From positions 1-60,735 of the forward strand of contig JBDREF010000377.1 of assembly GCA_043820045.1 (NCBI GenBank): a stretch of DNA of 60,735 nt, written 5' to 3'. Positions 33,091 through 43,112 of the stretch are shown here, piece by piece. A model generated the notes under the pieces. It made no database searches. It had not been told where the DNA came from and was given only the letters and a program-made list of their open reading frames with translations. Made by a program: the position numbers and the translations under genes. This DNA is from Planctomycetota bacterium. Its GTDB lineage: Bacteria; Planctomycetota; Phycisphaerae; Sedimentisphaerales; Anaerobacaceae. Within the stretch, counting starts at the first letter, position 1; every line of letters begins with the position of its first letter.

Positions 33091-33519
33091 CTAATCAACC
33101 ACTTCCACACCCATACTGCGGGCCGTTCCTCTGATAATCTTCTCTGCCTGGTCCAGGTCGTACGCATTAAGATCGTTGAACTTGGCCTCGGCTATTTTCC
33201 GCACTTGCTCTGTGGTGATTTTCCCGACCTTCTCTTTGTTCGGGACGCCGCTGCCCTTTGCAATTTCGGCCGCCTGCTTCAGCAACACAGCCGCCGGAGG
33301 GCTTTTGACTTCGAAACTGAAACTCTTGTCCGCAAAGACGCTTATCACGACCGGCACGATCGTCCCGTTCAGCTCTTTCGTTCGCTCGTTGAACTGCGAG
33401 ACGAACTGTCCTATGTTAACGCCGTGCTGACCCAAAGCAGGTCCAATCGGCGGGGCAGGAGTCGCCTGTCCGCCTTTCGCCTGCAACTTAATCGTTACTG
33501 CTACCTCTTTCTTGGCCAT
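33091..33519 (-). CDS. rplK: 50S ribosomal protein L11
   Basis: Contains [28 protein letters not shown]...FN. Confidence 0.96.
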   Translation of the reverse strand: MAKKEVAVTIKLQAKGGQATPAPPIGPALGQHGVNIGQFVSQFNERTKELNGTIVPVVISVFADKSFSFEVKSPPAAVLLKQAAEIAKGSGVPNKEKVGKITTEQVRKIAEAKFNDLNAYDLDQAEKIIRGTARSMGVEVVD

Positions 33520-33582
33520 TCTTCACCCTTTGATTATGAATTGGTGGCTTGTAAGTTTCAGAATTCCAGATTGCCGGTTAAA

Positions 33583-34125
33583 TTACAATTTCTCGATCTG
33601 CCAGTACTCTATGTCCAACGGCGTACTTCGCCCGAATATGGTCACAATCACTTTCACGATGCCCCGCTCGGAATCAATAGAATCAACAACCCCCTCGAAG
33701 TTCTCAAAGGCACCCTCTCGAATCTTGATCATATCATCCTTCTTAAACTCAACTTTGATGCTCGGCGCTTCCTCGGGCTTTTCCGCCTCCAGAAGCATCT
33801 TGGCTACGTCCGTATCCCTCATCGGGGTCGGAATTCCCTCTGTTCCGATGAAATCTCCGACTCCGGCAGTCCCCTTAATCATAAACCAGGCTCGCTCGGG
33901 GACCCGCCCGTCCTCGGTCGATTCCATCTCCATGAAAACGTAACCCGGGTATAGTTTTCGCTTATGGACCGTCTGCTTGCTCCCGCGGATGCGCTTGATT
34001 CGCTCCGTGGGAACCTCTATTCGGCCAATGATGTCGATCAGAGCCTCTCTCTCCACCTTCTGCATCAGAGCGTCTCTGACCTGCGATTCCTTATTCGCCG
34101 CAACTCGTAATACATACCATTGCAT
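33583..34125 (-). CDS. nusG: Transcription termination/antitermination factor NusG
   Basis: MQWYVLRV NGN start and a C-terminal KOW domain (I.EG.F..F.G.V..ID.ERG.VKV.V.IFGR.TP). Confidence 0.95.
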   Translation of the reverse strand: MQWYVLRVAANKESQVRDALMQKVEREALIDIIGRIEVPTERIKRIRGSKQTVHKRKLYPGYVFMEMESTEDGRVPERAWFMIKGTAGVGDFIGTEGIPTPMRDTDVAKMLLEAEKPEEAPSIKVEFKKDDMIKIREGAFENFEGVVDSIDSERGIVKVIVTIFGRSTPLDIEYWQIEKL

Positions 34126-34163
34126 ATTAACACCTTATCTCATGTCCCGTTCGAGATATGATA

Positions 34164-34565
34164 TTAGCCCAGCAGCCACGTGAAAAATGTCCTAAAGCCG
34201 ATGTCCGTAGCTCCAAGAAGCACTGCCATGATGACCACGACTACAATTACTATGAACGTCGAGACAGTTATCTCCTGCCTGCTCGACCAACTGACCTTTT
34301 TCATCTCGCCTTCGGCGGCTATCATAAAGTCCGCAATTGAAGGCTTGTTGGCCAGCCAGAAAATCACAAGAGCCAGGGCAACAAACAAACCGGCGGGTAC
34401 CATGGTTGCAATCCACAATGTCGCCTTGTTACTCAGGCCCCACGATGCGGCCTCCAACTTGCTGAAAAGCCGCAAACAACCTAATCCTACAACCAGTGCC
34501 AGCGCAAAACCACTGCACAGCCGTGTGTATTTGCCCTGGCCGCGTTTGTAAATATCAAAAACCAT
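34164..34565 (-). CDS. secE: Preprotein translocase subunit SecE (3-TM form)
   Basis: The C-terminus (EMKKVSWSSRQEITVSTFIVIVVVVIMA) is SecE-like, and the gene lies upstream of nusG. The 165 aa ORF in the track runs into tRNA-Trp; ATG 34565 (MVFDIYK) is the first start clear of the tRNA. Confidence 0.85.
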   Translation of the reverse strand: MVFDIYKRGQGKYTRLCSGFALALVVGLGCLRLFSKLEAASWGLSNKATLWIATMVPAGLFVALALVIFWLANKPSIADFMIAAEGEMKKVSWSSRQEITVSTFIVIVVVVIMAVLLGATDIGFRTFFTWLLG

Positions 34566-34634
34566 CTTCACCTCAGTATTCGCCGAACAGCAGCGAAATT
34601 GCCCGTCTCGCAATCTGAACTTCACACTGTCAAA

Positions 34635-34707
34635 CAGGCCAGGAGGGAGTCGAACCCCCAACCTTCGGTTTTGGAGACCGACGCTCTGCCAATTGAGCTA
34701 CTGGCCT
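34635..34707 (-). tRNA. tRNA-Trp (anticodon CCA)
   Basis: The reverse complement reads AGGCCAGTAGCTCAATTGGCAGAGCGTCGGTCTCCAAAACCGAAGGTTGGGGGTTCGACTCCCTCCTGGCCTG. It folds as a cloverleaf with anticodon loop CTCCAAA. Its position upstream of secE is the usual one. Confidence 0.92.
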
Positions 34708-34801
34708 ACTCAATTGAATATTGATGAATCTGTGCAGGCTTCTGCCGAACGCCTGAAACCCACACTCTTCAAAGATCAAATGATCAATCATCAGTAGTCA
34801 A

Positions 34802-34972
34802 CTACTTGCGTCGTATCTTGTGAGCAGTATGTGTACGTTCGTTCTTGCAAAACTTCTTGAGCCCTAACTTGGGCGTACCTTCGGCCACACTGACACTCGT
34901 GCGGTAGTTTCGACTGCTGCACTGACTACATTCAAGCCAGACATACTCCCGTTTGCTCTTCTTTTTAGCCAT
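34802..34972 (-). CDS. rpmG: 50S ribosomal protein L33
   Basis: MAKKKSKREYVWLECSQCSSRNYRTSV....KLGLKKFC.NERTHT.HK. ATG 34972 is preferred over the ORF-track start at 34990. Confidence 0.92.
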   Translation of the reverse strand: MAKKKSKREYVWLECSQCSSRNYRTSVSVAEGTPKLGLKKFCKNERTHTAHKIRRK

Positions 34973-35109
34973 AAGATTCGTCCCAACCAAGCAGGGCTAA
35001 TGACTCAAGACGTCCGGTTATCAAGCAATCACCCGCCCGGATATACTTGTCCGCCGTGAGCACACTTGCTTCTAATACTCGCAGAATCCAGACAATTGTT
35101 CAGAAATAT

Positions 35110-36324
35110 TTAGGCGATAATCTTGATCACCACACCGGCGCCCACGGTCCGTCCGCCCTCGCGAATTGCGAAACGAAGGCCGTCTTCCATAGCTATCGGG
35201 GCAATAATCTCCACTTCCATTGCTATATTATCACCCGGCATACACATCTCTGCACTCTTGCCTTCTCTGCTCATCAACGCAAGAACCGAACCGGTAATAT
35301 CGGTCGTTCTGAAGTAAAACTGTGGTTTGTATCCCGCGAAGAATGGTGTATGGCGACCGCCTTCCTCTTTGCCCAGCACATAGACTTCAGCCTGAAACTT
35401 GGTATGAGGTGTAATACTGCCGGGGGCTGCGACAACATGTCCCCGTTCCAAATCTTTCTTTTCCACGCCTCGCAAAAGCAAACCGACGTTGTCGCCCGCC
35501 TGGCCATCACTGAGTGTCTTGTTGAACATCTCGACCCCGGTTACAACCGTTTTGCGCGTCTCTTTCGAAAGGCCGACGATTTCGACCTCGTCGCCGGTAT
35601 GGATTACGCCGCGTTCGATTCGGCCCGTGCCGACCGTGCCGCGTCCTTTAATACTGAAGACATCCTCGACCGGCATAAGAAAAGGCTTGTCAACATCGCG
35701 TTCGGGAAGCGGGAAGTAGTCATCGACCGCGCCCATCAACTCATCGATGCACTTGCCGGCCTCGTCATCCTTGCCTTCGGACTGCATCGCCGCCAGGGCC
35801 GATCCCCGGATAATGGGAATATCGTCGCCGGGGAACTCATACTTGTTCAACAGGTCTCTTATCTCCAGCTCAACTAAGTCGATCAACTCAGGGTCGTCAA
35901 CCTGGTCAACCTTGTTGAGGAACACCACGATCTTGGGCACGTTAACCTGACGGGCCAGCAGGATATGCTCGCGAGTCTGAGGCATAGGGCCGTCACCGGC
36001 TGCGACCACCAGAATAGCCCCATCCATCTGGGCGGCTCCGGTAATCATGTTCTTTATGTAGTCGGCGTGCCCCGGACAATCCACGTGTGCGTAATGGCGC
36101 TTTTTCGTCTCATACTCCACGTGGGCGGTGTTAATTGTTACGCCGCGTTCCCTTTCTTCCGGAGCATTGTCGATATCTTCGAATTTCTTGAAGGTACCAG
36201 TGCCGGACGTGTGCGCCAGCCGCATTGTGATAGCAGCCGTCAGGGTAGTCTTGCCGTGGTCGATGTGGCCGATAGTCCCAACATTGATATGTGGTTTTGT
36301 CCGCTCAAATACCGCCTTAGCCAT
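35110..36324 (-). CDS. tuf: Elongation factor Tu
   Basis: [28 protein letters not shown] start, plus DCPGHADY and NK.D. ATG 36324 has a GGAGG Shine-Dalgarno sequence; the ORF-track start is TTG 36342. Confidence 0.97.
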   Translation of the reverse strand: MAKAVFERTKPHINVGTIGHIDHGKTTLTAAITMRLAHTSGTGTFKKFEDIDNAPEERERGVTINTAHVEYETKKRHYAHVDCPGHADYIKNMITGAAQMDGAILVVAAGDGPMPQTREHILLARQVNVPKIVVFLNKVDQVDDPELIDLVELEIRDLLNKYEFPGDDIPIIRGSALAAMQSEGKDDEAGKCIDELMGAVDDYFPLPERDVDKPFLMPVEDVFSIKGRGTVGTGRIERGVIHTGDEVEIVGLSKETRKTVVTGVEMFNKTLSDGQAGDNVGLLLRGVEKKDLERGHVVAAPGSITPHTKFQAEVYVLGKEEGGRHTPFFAGYKPQFYFRTTDITGSVLALMSREGKSAEMCMPGDNIAMEVEIIAPIAMEDGLRFAIREGGRTVGAGVVIKIIA

Positions 36325-36477
36325 CTTAGTATTAACCTCCAATGTGCTGGGTTAGTATTAACCTGTTTCCTAATCCTGAATTCAAAAAAACTGTTTTATT
36401 TACTTCTATGATCAACTCACCGCCGGGACAGCTATTCATCGCCACAGGTGCCGTCTCGGCCTGACCCGCTTGCATTT

Positions 36478-36549
<72 letters not shown>

Positions 36550-36721
36550 AACACCCGATTCACCAACGGACACTGCCACAGCGAATCGCGTTAAAACCTT
36601 TGCCTGTATCCGGCAAAAAACCAGGGAATACAAACAATATCCCATTCTTCCTGCCCCGTTTGTCCATAAACAGAGTACAGGAACCCATGTATTTTGAACT
36701 GCTTTTTGATATAAATCTCAT

Positions 36722-36750
36722 AATCTATCCAGAAGACCGCGGAAGTGCAA
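36722..36750 (-). promoter_or_regulatory. Candidate promoter for the tRNA-Thr/tuf unit
   Basis: The minus strand reads TTGCAC (36745-36750), a 17 nt spacer, then TAGATT (36722-36727). A very A/T-rich block lies upstream (36751-36800). Confidence 0.3.
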
Positions 36751-36927
36751 ACATAAAAATTTAGAAAAATGACAAAAAAGTGAAAAAAAACTATTTTTAC
36801 CTTCCTGAAACGAGCCCACCTCAAGTCAATCCCGCCCAGCCGCCCCACAGCACCTCACCCAAAACCTCCCTTCGACGTTGCAGCCGGCGGCAACCGAGCC
36901 CGTTATCGAACCAGGAGCGGAATACCC

Positions 36928-38304
36928 TCATTTTTCCCCGCGACCCGACGATTTAAGGTGCACATCGGCAAAATCCATGTACCGCTGCCAGTCGTATGCC
37001 GTCAGGGCGTGCCCGCCGGAACGGACGTGGTAGCCAATCCTGCCCTTCCGGACAGGCTGGTCAAGGCCGGGCATTTCTTCGACCCCCAAACCCTTCAAAC
37101 CGAGCAGGCGATAGACCGGATCGGCATTCTTGCAGGATAGGAACTCGCCGCGAGGATCGGCCCACAAATCCTGATCGGCGCTGGCCACATACGCCGGACG
37201 AGGAGCAACCAGCGCAATCAGCATGTGTTGATCGACAAGCAGGTCGTCCTCTTTGCCGTTGTATTTCTTGAAATTCTCGCAGAACCAGTGCGGAAAGCTC
37301 TTGTTGATACGCTCCACGGTCTCCCCGAAGCGCCGCCGGCTCAGAGCCGCACCGCCGCAGCCCGAGTCGTTCGATATCACTATTGCAAACCGGTCATCCC
37401 GGGCGCCGGCCCAAAGAGCAGTCTTGCCCAGACGGGAGTGCCCGAGTACGGCCACCCGCTTGTGATCTATCTCATTATCGGTCTCAAAATAATCCATCGC
37501 ACGGCTCAAGCCCCACGCCCAGGCCCCGATAGAACCCCAAGCATCCCCTGTACGCTTACCGTCGACCAACCTGTCGAAAGCGGAATGAACCCCGTTCTTA
37601 AAGCCATCATGAAAGTCAGGGTCGATGTCGCCGTAATAGATGGTGGCCAGAGCGTAACCACGCCTGAGGATTTCTTCGACAGGATAGCTGGAAGAAGCAG
37701 CACCCCTGGATTCTTCCGTAGCTCGATTGTCCACAACCCCAGAGCCAGGGCGCATCCAGCTTTGCGAGAGTTTGATTACCGGGTCTGCACATATCGTATG
37801 ATTGCCGCCGAAGTTCAACAGAACAAACGTCGGAATCGGCTTTTTAGCGGCATTCGGCAGGTAAATGAGTATGTCCATCGACGGCCCGTCCTTCTTACCG
37901 GTAAAGTTCACCGCCACTTGCTTGCGGGTGGCCGAGCCGCCAAGCGCCTTTCTCTCGATATCGAAAACGTCAAAAGCCATATCCTTCGGCCGGTCAACCG
38001 GCGAACGGCCATAAACCTGGGCCCGGAACAGTTCGAGTATTTCCGGTCGCCGCTTTGCCAGCCAGGTTTGGGCATCACCCACCTTCGTTCCGTCGGACAT
38101 CACCAAGGGGTCGGGCAAAGTGTATTCGGGAACTTTGTCTTCGCGGTAATTGGCCTCCGTGCTCCTTTTCGTAAGCGATTCGACCAGTTGAGGCGAAGCT
38201 TGCCAGCCGCTCTTGCCTGCGCCGCCGAGGCTCGCACTATCAGGGCCGATGGAAAGGACAAAGAAAACCGCTAAGGATACCATGAGTAGTCTGCTCTTAA
38301 CCAT
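36928..38304 (-). CDS. Secreted alpha/beta hydrolase, CE15 glucuronoyl-esterase-like
   Basis: GHSRLGKTALWAG nucleophile motif and LPDPLVMSDGTKV....W...RRPEILELF...VYG N-terminal region, as I recall them for bacterial CE15 enzymes. Signal peptide MVKSRLLMVSLAVFFVLS. ATG 38304 has a GGAGG Shine-Dalgarno sequence; the ORF track starts at 38346. Confidence 0.6.
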   Translation of the reverse strand: MVKSRLLMVSLAVFFVLSIGPDSASLGGAGKSGWQASPQLVESLTKRSTEANYREDKVPEYTLPDPLVMSDGTKVGDAQTWLAKRRPEILELFRAQVYGRSPVDRPKDMAFDVFDIERKALGGSATRKQVAVNFTGKKDGPSMDILIYLPNAAKKPIPTFVLLNFGGNHTICADPVIKLSQSWMRPGSGVVDNRATEESRGAASSSYPVEEILRRGYALATIYYGDIDPDFHDGFKNGVHSAFDRLVDGKRTGDAWGSIGAWAWGLSRAMDYFETDNEIDHKRVAVLGHSRLGKTALWAGARDDRFAIVISNDSGCGGAALSRRRFGETVERINKSFPHWFCENFKKYNGKEDDLLVDQHMLIALVAPRPAYVASADQDLWADPRGEFLSCKNADPVYRLLGLKGLGVEEMPGLDQPVRKGRIGYHVRSGGHALTAYDWQRYMDFADVHLKSSGRGEK

Positions 38305-38335
38305 GTGAAGACCTCCAAAACTATCAAACGGCTCA

Positions 38336-38365
38336 ATTGTAACCACCCGCGCTGTCGATAGTCAA
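38336..38365 (-). promoter_or_regulatory. Candidate promoter of the CE15-like esterase gene
   Basis: The minus strand reads TTGACT (38360-38365), an 18 nt spacer, then TACAAT (38336-38341). Confidence 0.4.
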
Positions 38366-38506
38366 TTCTTTAAATCGCGGATTTGCGAAACAGGATTTCA
38401 CCGCGTCCGGAACTCGACAAGCGTCCGCCGCCCCAGATGCAGCAATACAGAAGTTTTCGCCTTGCTGGCTTTCGCTCTTCGCTTTCGGACAGGCAGGCGG
38501 GCCATT

Positions 38507-39106
38507 CTAATTCCAGCCCGCGAGATAAGAGCCGCGTTGCCTGTCGGGAGTATCACACCGAATCCAGAATCTCCGCGGCTTTGCGGTCAACGGGTCGAAA
38601 CGCACCCCGCTTTCGGTCGCGAATTCGGCAAGATTCGCTGTGTATGTCTGCCCCGCCGGTATCTTCGGAACCCGCAGGCGGAAGCTGTTGTCGAGAGTCG
38701 CTGAAATGATTTCCAGCCTGACGTTTTCCCAGTCGAAGGAGTCGTTATTCGATACGGCACACCGAGTTCCGGCGATAGTTACATTGGCGTTCAGGCGGAC
38801 CGTCGTCTCCTGGGGGGCTACTTCAATCCTGTGACTGCGTCTTGCGCCGGGGATGGCCTGGAAGAGAACGACACTGACCAAGATAGTAAGAACAACTACT
38901 TCCAATGCAACAGGGCTGCGGACTCTTCGCACGGATTCCTGCCTTTGAAGCTGTTCGAGGCGTTTCTCAACTGAATCATAATCCAATGCGGCGCTACAAA
39001 AAAAGCATCTGGTAGCCCCTGCATCTATCTCCTCTCCACAGAACGGACATTTTTCCGTTGCCATCTCCATTCTCCGGAAAACATCGCCGTACCCACGCGA
39101 TATCAA
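38507..39106 (-). CDS. Hypothetical zinc-ribbon / single-TM protein
   Basis: N-terminal CPFCGEEI...CFFCSA (two CxxC pairs), a TM helix (VALEVVVLTILVSVVLF), and a ~110 aa C-terminal domain with no recognisable motif. The start is ambiguous: TTG 39106, ATG 39070 or ATG 39064. Confidence 0.6.
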   Translation of the reverse strand: MISRGYGDVFRRMEMATEKCPFCGEEIDAGATRCFFCSAALDYDSVEKRLEQLQRQESVRRVRSPVALEVVVLTILVSVVLFQAIPGARRSHRIEVAPQETTVRLNANVTIAGTRCAVSNNDSFDWENVRLEIISATLDNSFRLRVPKIPAGQTYTANLAEFATESGVRFDPLTAKPRRFWIRCDTPDRQRGSYLAGWN

Positions 39107-39107
39107 T

Positions 39108-39239
39108 TCATTGGAGCTGAAGAACAGTCACCTGATGCAACCCATAATTACGGTCGTTCCACCGATTCAGCGAAGTTACAAGCACCCAGCATCCAGCGAA
39201 CAGATCCCACGGGCGCGGCTTGCCTGGTTTTATCTCCAT
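39108..39239 (-). CDS. Candidate 43 aa upstream small ORF
   Basis: Hand translation gives MEIKPGKPRPWDLFAGCWVLVTSLNRWNDRNYGLHQVTVLQLQ followed by a stop. An AGAGGTG Shine-Dalgarno-like sequence lies ~8 nt upstream. Its stop is 1 nt from the TTG at 39106 of the next ORF. No family recognised. Confidence 0.2.
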   Translation of the reverse strand: MEIKPGKPRPWDLFAGCWVLVTSLNRWNDRNYGLHQVTVLQLQ

Positions 39240-39306
39240 CTCGGTTCACCTCTCAAGAAGAGAAACCGCAAACTCCAGCCCACATTTCTCCGCGTTGGCT
39301 ACTGTA

Positions 39307-39336
39307 ATTCTACTGCCTTCTCGTCGGTTCGGTCAA
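39307..39336 (-). promoter_or_regulatory. Candidate promoter upstream of the small ORF / zinc-ribbon gene
   Basis: The minus strand reads TTGACC (39331-39336), an 18 nt spacer, then TAGAAT (39307-39312). Confidence 0.4.
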
Positions 39337-39607
39337 CACATTTTTCAGTAGGCCGCCGGAGCATCAAACGAAGGGTACTCGACCGCGACTGCTCACCGCT
39401 CACGGCGGGGCTGCCCATTCCAGGAGAGGAGCAGGTTTACACGTCTGGCGGCATGGGCTCTCGTATCTTTCTAAATCCACATAGTGTAATGCTTTATGGT
39501 CCGCGGTAATTTGGATTGAGCGATACGCCAAGGGGTATCAGAACCAGTCGAGGCTCGTGCCGATGGCCTACCGCGCGGAGCAGACAGCCCTGAGCGTGCT
39601 TCTACGT

Positions 39608-41842
39608 CTAAGCACCCGGAATCTTTGGTTTGTCCGCTTCTTTGTCTTTGGCAGTACCCAGGCTTTTCTTCCAATTTTCCAGCCACTGTCGCCATTTCGT
39701 TCTGCCCGGCGCTTTTACCTCATCAAGGGCTTTGAGAACGACATTCGGGTCGGCCCCGGCGGGCGGTTCGACGAGATATCTGTCCATCAGAGCTATTACG
39801 GTGCTGTTGGGGTCCAGATCCTTCTCGGCCAGGCAATTTCCGACCAGCTCGGCCGCGCGTTCTACTCTCGAACCTTTAAGGCAGGATTCCAACAGCTTCG
39901 GCAGAATCTCTTTTTTGCCCTCGGCGGTCTGGGCGGCGTCATATACCATGCTCAAATAGTCTGCGGCCTGCTCAAAATGGTTTGTCGTGTAATACAGCTC
40001 CGCCAGTTTTTCACGGATTATAGGCTTGTTAACGTTGCCGGCCCGGGTCTTGGCAATCTCAAGAAAATCGATCTGCTGCTCATTGGTCAACTTGATCTTG
40101 CTGTTTTGAGAGGTCAGTTTGTTCATCCACTCATCAACGACCGGGGCGTCCGCACCTTTGAATATTTTCAGCATTGCCTGCCAGACCGGATTGCTTTCGG
40201 AATTTGAGCCGATTTTTTCCGACAGCCAGTTCAAATCCGCCCTGCCGCCGACTTCATCGGCGATGGCAATCAGCTTCTTCCTCAGTGTGGGGCTCGGGTC
40301 GTTGACAAAATCATTTCGGAGCATTTCCAGTGCAATCGCCTTGTCAATGTTGGCAAGTCCGTCCACGGCCGATTCTCTGACGAAATTCGCTGCGTCCTGC
40401 AAAGCAACCTTGAACAAGGGGCCAAAAAGCTCCGTTGCTTTGGCTTTACACGCGCTGTTCGGCGCACACAACCCGGCCATGGCGCTGAGCAGTTCGCCCC
40501 TCAAAGCCCCGTCGGCGTCGTTTTTGTGCTGGCCGTACCTTCCACCAAGTAAACGAAGATACGAATCCAATTCCTGCGGGTCCGATTCATCCCGCTCGAG
40601 CAGCTTTCTTGTGACTTGTGCGCCGGTCTTTTCCTGTTCCGCCGTCCCCTCACGAAGAAATGTGGCCGCCCAAACAAGGGTTTCTTTGCGTATATCCTTC
40701 ATCTCAGGGGATATCTTGGTAGGCGAGTTGGGCAAGACTGCACCCAACGCATCGAGCAGCTTTGTCTTTACCTGAACGTCCTGCTCGATTTTGAGCTGGG
40801 CCAACAGGCGCGGAGCAGAATTCAACCCCTGCATCAAAGCCAGCAAATCGGCTGTTCTGAGCCGAACGTCCCGGTCGGCGTCCGAAATCAGGTTCATCAG
40901 AACGGGTCCCTGCTCGGCAGGCAACGCCGAGGTCCCCGACGACAGCCGCCATTGCCGAACCTTATCCAGAGCCCACAGTTTCACCTCGGGCTCCGGGCCG
41001 GCGAGGTGCTCGGTTAGGAATTTGCCTCGTGCGGCCTCATCGGTTACGGCGTCATACAACTTGCCCAGAGATGACAAGTAGCGTTTTCGCCAGGCATCGA
41101 CCTTTTCTCTCATTTGACGCATCTGCGTCTCCTGGCGGGTCAATTGCGTCCGCAGGAAAGCCTCCTGACCTTCGTTGCGGATCTTCGCAATGGCCTGCTC
41201 GCGAGTTTCAGGGGTGTCGCCGACAGTTATGCCCAGCGAACGCAGAGCACTTTCCGCCTCAGCAGCGACCTGGCCGTCCTTGGAATCGACCAGCCTTATC
41301 AGTTTGATTGTAGCCCCCGTGTTCAACCGAAGCTTCAACGCGCGGATCGCATTGACTCTTGTCCTGACAGGCTTTGAGGCATCGGCGGCTATCTCTTCAA
41401 GCAGCAGTCCTATTTTTTCATAACTGAAAATCAGAACCGCCTCAGCAGCCAACCGGGCTTCGTCATCAATCGTACTCTCGAAGACACTGACCAACGGCCC
41501 GATGAAATCCTCCTCGTTCTTGACGGTCTTTTGTGACGCACGTGCCTGAATCAACGCATTGCAGACAGCCATGCGAGCCGCGCTGTTCTCGGTCTGTTTC
41601 AGGGCATCGAGCAATACCACCCGGGGTTTGGGGTCGTCGTCGAACAACAGCACCGTTGCGGCAATCGTTGATCCTTTGAGCAGAGCCTCTTTGTTAAGTT
41701 TCAATTGCGGATCAAGCTCCACTTCAGCGGGCGCGCCATCGGCGGCTATGGTTGCCAAAGCAGGCGTCTCAGCGGCGATACCAGCCGGTTGACCCACTAA
41801 TACCACCACCAAAAACGCAAGATATAGCCGCCTCACAAGCAT
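39608..41842 (-). CDS. Secreted HEAT/ARM-like plus TPR-like repeat protein (hypothetical)
   Basis: 744 aa with signal peptide MLVRRLYLAFLVVVLVGQPAGIAAE. Recurrent ~30-40 aa helical repeats containing D..VR..A...L are HEAT-like. The C-terminal third looks TPR-like. Confidence 0.6.
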   Translation of the reverse strand: MLVRRLYLAFLVVVLVGQPAGIAAETPALATIAADGAPAEVELDPQLKLNKEALLKGSTIAATVLLFDDDPKPRVVLLDALKQTENSAARMAVCNALIQARASQKTVKNEEDFIGPLVSVFESTIDDEARLAAEAVLIFSYEKIGLLLEEIAADASKPVRTRVNAIRALKLRLNTGATIKLIRLVDSKDGQVAAEAESALRSLGITVGDTPETREQAIAKIRNEGQEAFLRTQLTRQETQMRQMREKVDAWRKRYLSSLGKLYDAVTDEAARGKFLTEHLAGPEPEVKLWALDKVRQWRLSSGTSALPAEQGPVLMNLISDADRDVRLRTADLLALMQGLNSAPRLLAQLKIEQDVQVKTKLLDALGAVLPNSPTKISPEMKDIRKETLVWAATFLREGTAEQEKTGAQVTRKLLERDESDPQELDSYLRLLGGRYGQHKNDADGALRGELLSAMAGLCAPNSACKAKATELFGPLFKVALQDAANFVRESAVDGLANIDKAIALEMLRNDFVNDPSPTLRKKLIAIADEVGGRADLNWLSEKIGSNSESNPVWQAMLKIFKGADAPVVDEWMNKLTSQNSKIKLTNEQQIDFLEIAKTRAGNVNKPIIREKLAELYYTTNHFEQAADYLSMVYDAAQTAEGKKEILPKLLESCLKGSRVERAAELVGNCLAEKDLDPNSTVIALMDRYLVEPPAGADPNVVLKALDEVKAPGRTKWRQWLENWKKSLGTAKDKEADKPKIPGA

Positions 41843-41906
41843 AAGATGACCTTAAAGATACTACCGGTTCCCATTTTCGGGACCCCTGCCCACTGATTTT
41901 AGCATA

Positions 41907-41935
41907 ATAATAATACTGAAATCCGCATAAGTCAA
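41907..41935 (-). promoter_or_regulatory. Candidate promoter of the HEAT-repeat gene
   Basis: The minus strand reads TTGACT (41930-41935), a 17 nt spacer, then TATTAT (41907-41912). Confidence 0.45.
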
Positions 41936-41981
41936 CTAGCTTTTGTGATTTACGCCTGAAAATCACCAATTCATGACGAGG

Positions 41982-42923
41982 TCAAGGCCTTGGATGGAAT
42001 TTCCTGTGGATTTCCCTGAGCCTTTCCTGGTCAACGTGGGTGTAAATCTGGGTAGTTGCTATGTCCACATGGCCGAGCATCTCCTGTACGCTTCGCAGGT
42101 CGGCTCCTCCGGTGAGCAGATGCGTCGCGAAGCAATGTCTCAATGTATGCGCAGTCAGATTTCTGGGCATACCCGCCCTGAGGGCGTATTTCTTAACCAA
42201 TCTCCAGATTTCAATACGGCCCATGGGGCGACCGGTTCGCGAGAGCAGAAGAAAATTGCTGCTGAAGGGCTTGGCCAATCGCGGCCGCAGGTTCGTCAGG
42301 TACTCGACTGTCGCTGCAATTGCAGCTTTTCCAACCGGGATTACGCGCTCTCTGTTGCCTTTCCCCAAGCATCGCAGATAGCCTATATCCACATTCAGGT
42401 CCGAAGTCTTCAGGGTTGCCAGCTCACCGGCACGTATTCCCGTGGCGTAGAGCAATTCGAGCATTGCTTTGTCGCGAAGATAGAAAGGCTCAGCGGGCGC
42501 CGGAGCGTTCAGCAGGTCTATAACCTGTTTCTTACTACAGACGACCGGCAGTCTCTGCCAGAGTTTCGGGCTTTCCAGTACCCCGGTGAAATCGTCTTCT
42601 ACAAGGTCCATCAATTTGGCAAACCGCAGAAACATCCTGATAGCAACCAGCGCGCGTTTTATCGAACCTTCGCTTTTCTGGTCTTGGGTGAGAGTCCGCA
42701 TATAGCTTCGAATGATCGTCGGGCTTATTTGCCGCAGGTGCGCCACTTTGTTGTTGGATTCGCAGTATTCAAGGAAACTCTTCAGGTCGCGGCCGTACGC
42801 GAGAACGGTATTCTCGGACAAACCAGCTTCGACGGCGAGATAACCGAGGAAGCTCTTGACGTGCCGCCCCAAGGGCAGAGCCTCTAACTTTTCGCCAACC
42901 GACTGTCTCTGTATTGAGAGCAT
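41982..42923 (-). CDS. xerD: Tyrosine recombinase XerD (XerC/D family)
   Basis: Contains RDKAMLELLYATGIRAGEL, GKGNRERV.P and HTLRHCFATHLL..GADLRSVQEMLGH.DI.TTQIYTHV....L.E.H...HPR. Confidence 0.85.
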   Translation of the reverse strand: MLSIQRQSVGEKLEALPLGRHVKSFLGYLAVEAGLSENTVLAYGRDLKSFLEYCESNNKVAHLRQISPTIIRSYMRTLTQDQKSEGSIKRALVAIRMFLRFAKLMDLVEDDFTGVLESPKLWQRLPVVCSKKQVIDLLNAPAPAEPFYLRDKAMLELLYATGIRAGELATLKTSDLNVDIGYLRCLGKGNRERVIPVGKAAIAATVEYLTNLRPRLAKPFSSNFLLLSRTGRPMGRIEIWRLVKKYALRAGMPRNLTAHTLRHCFATHLLTGGADLRSVQEMLGHVDIATTQIYTHVDQERLREIHRKFHPRP

Positions 42924-43112
42924 TTGTTCTCACCCGTAACTCGACACACGCGGCACGCCACACGAACGATTACTATATAGTCCGCCCGCCGTCATCCGCT
43001 TCTAATAACATCATCGGCACAAAAGCGGCCTATCCTTTAGTAAGCAGGCCCCGCGCTCGGCAGACGCCGAAAAAAGCACTTCGCTCTTGCATTGGCAGCG
43101 CAAAGCAATAGA

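Noticed and set aside
34566-34661. N-terminal 32 codons of the 165 aa secE ORF in the track
   Set aside because: This part overlaps tRNA-Trp (34635-34707). SecE-like sequence starts only after ATG 34565.
39111-39509. 132 aa plus-strand ORF in the HEAT/zinc-ribbon spacer
   Set aside because: It is opposite in orientation to all neighbours, has no Shine-Dalgarno sequence or recognisable domain, and overlaps the better-supported minus-strand promoter and small ORF.
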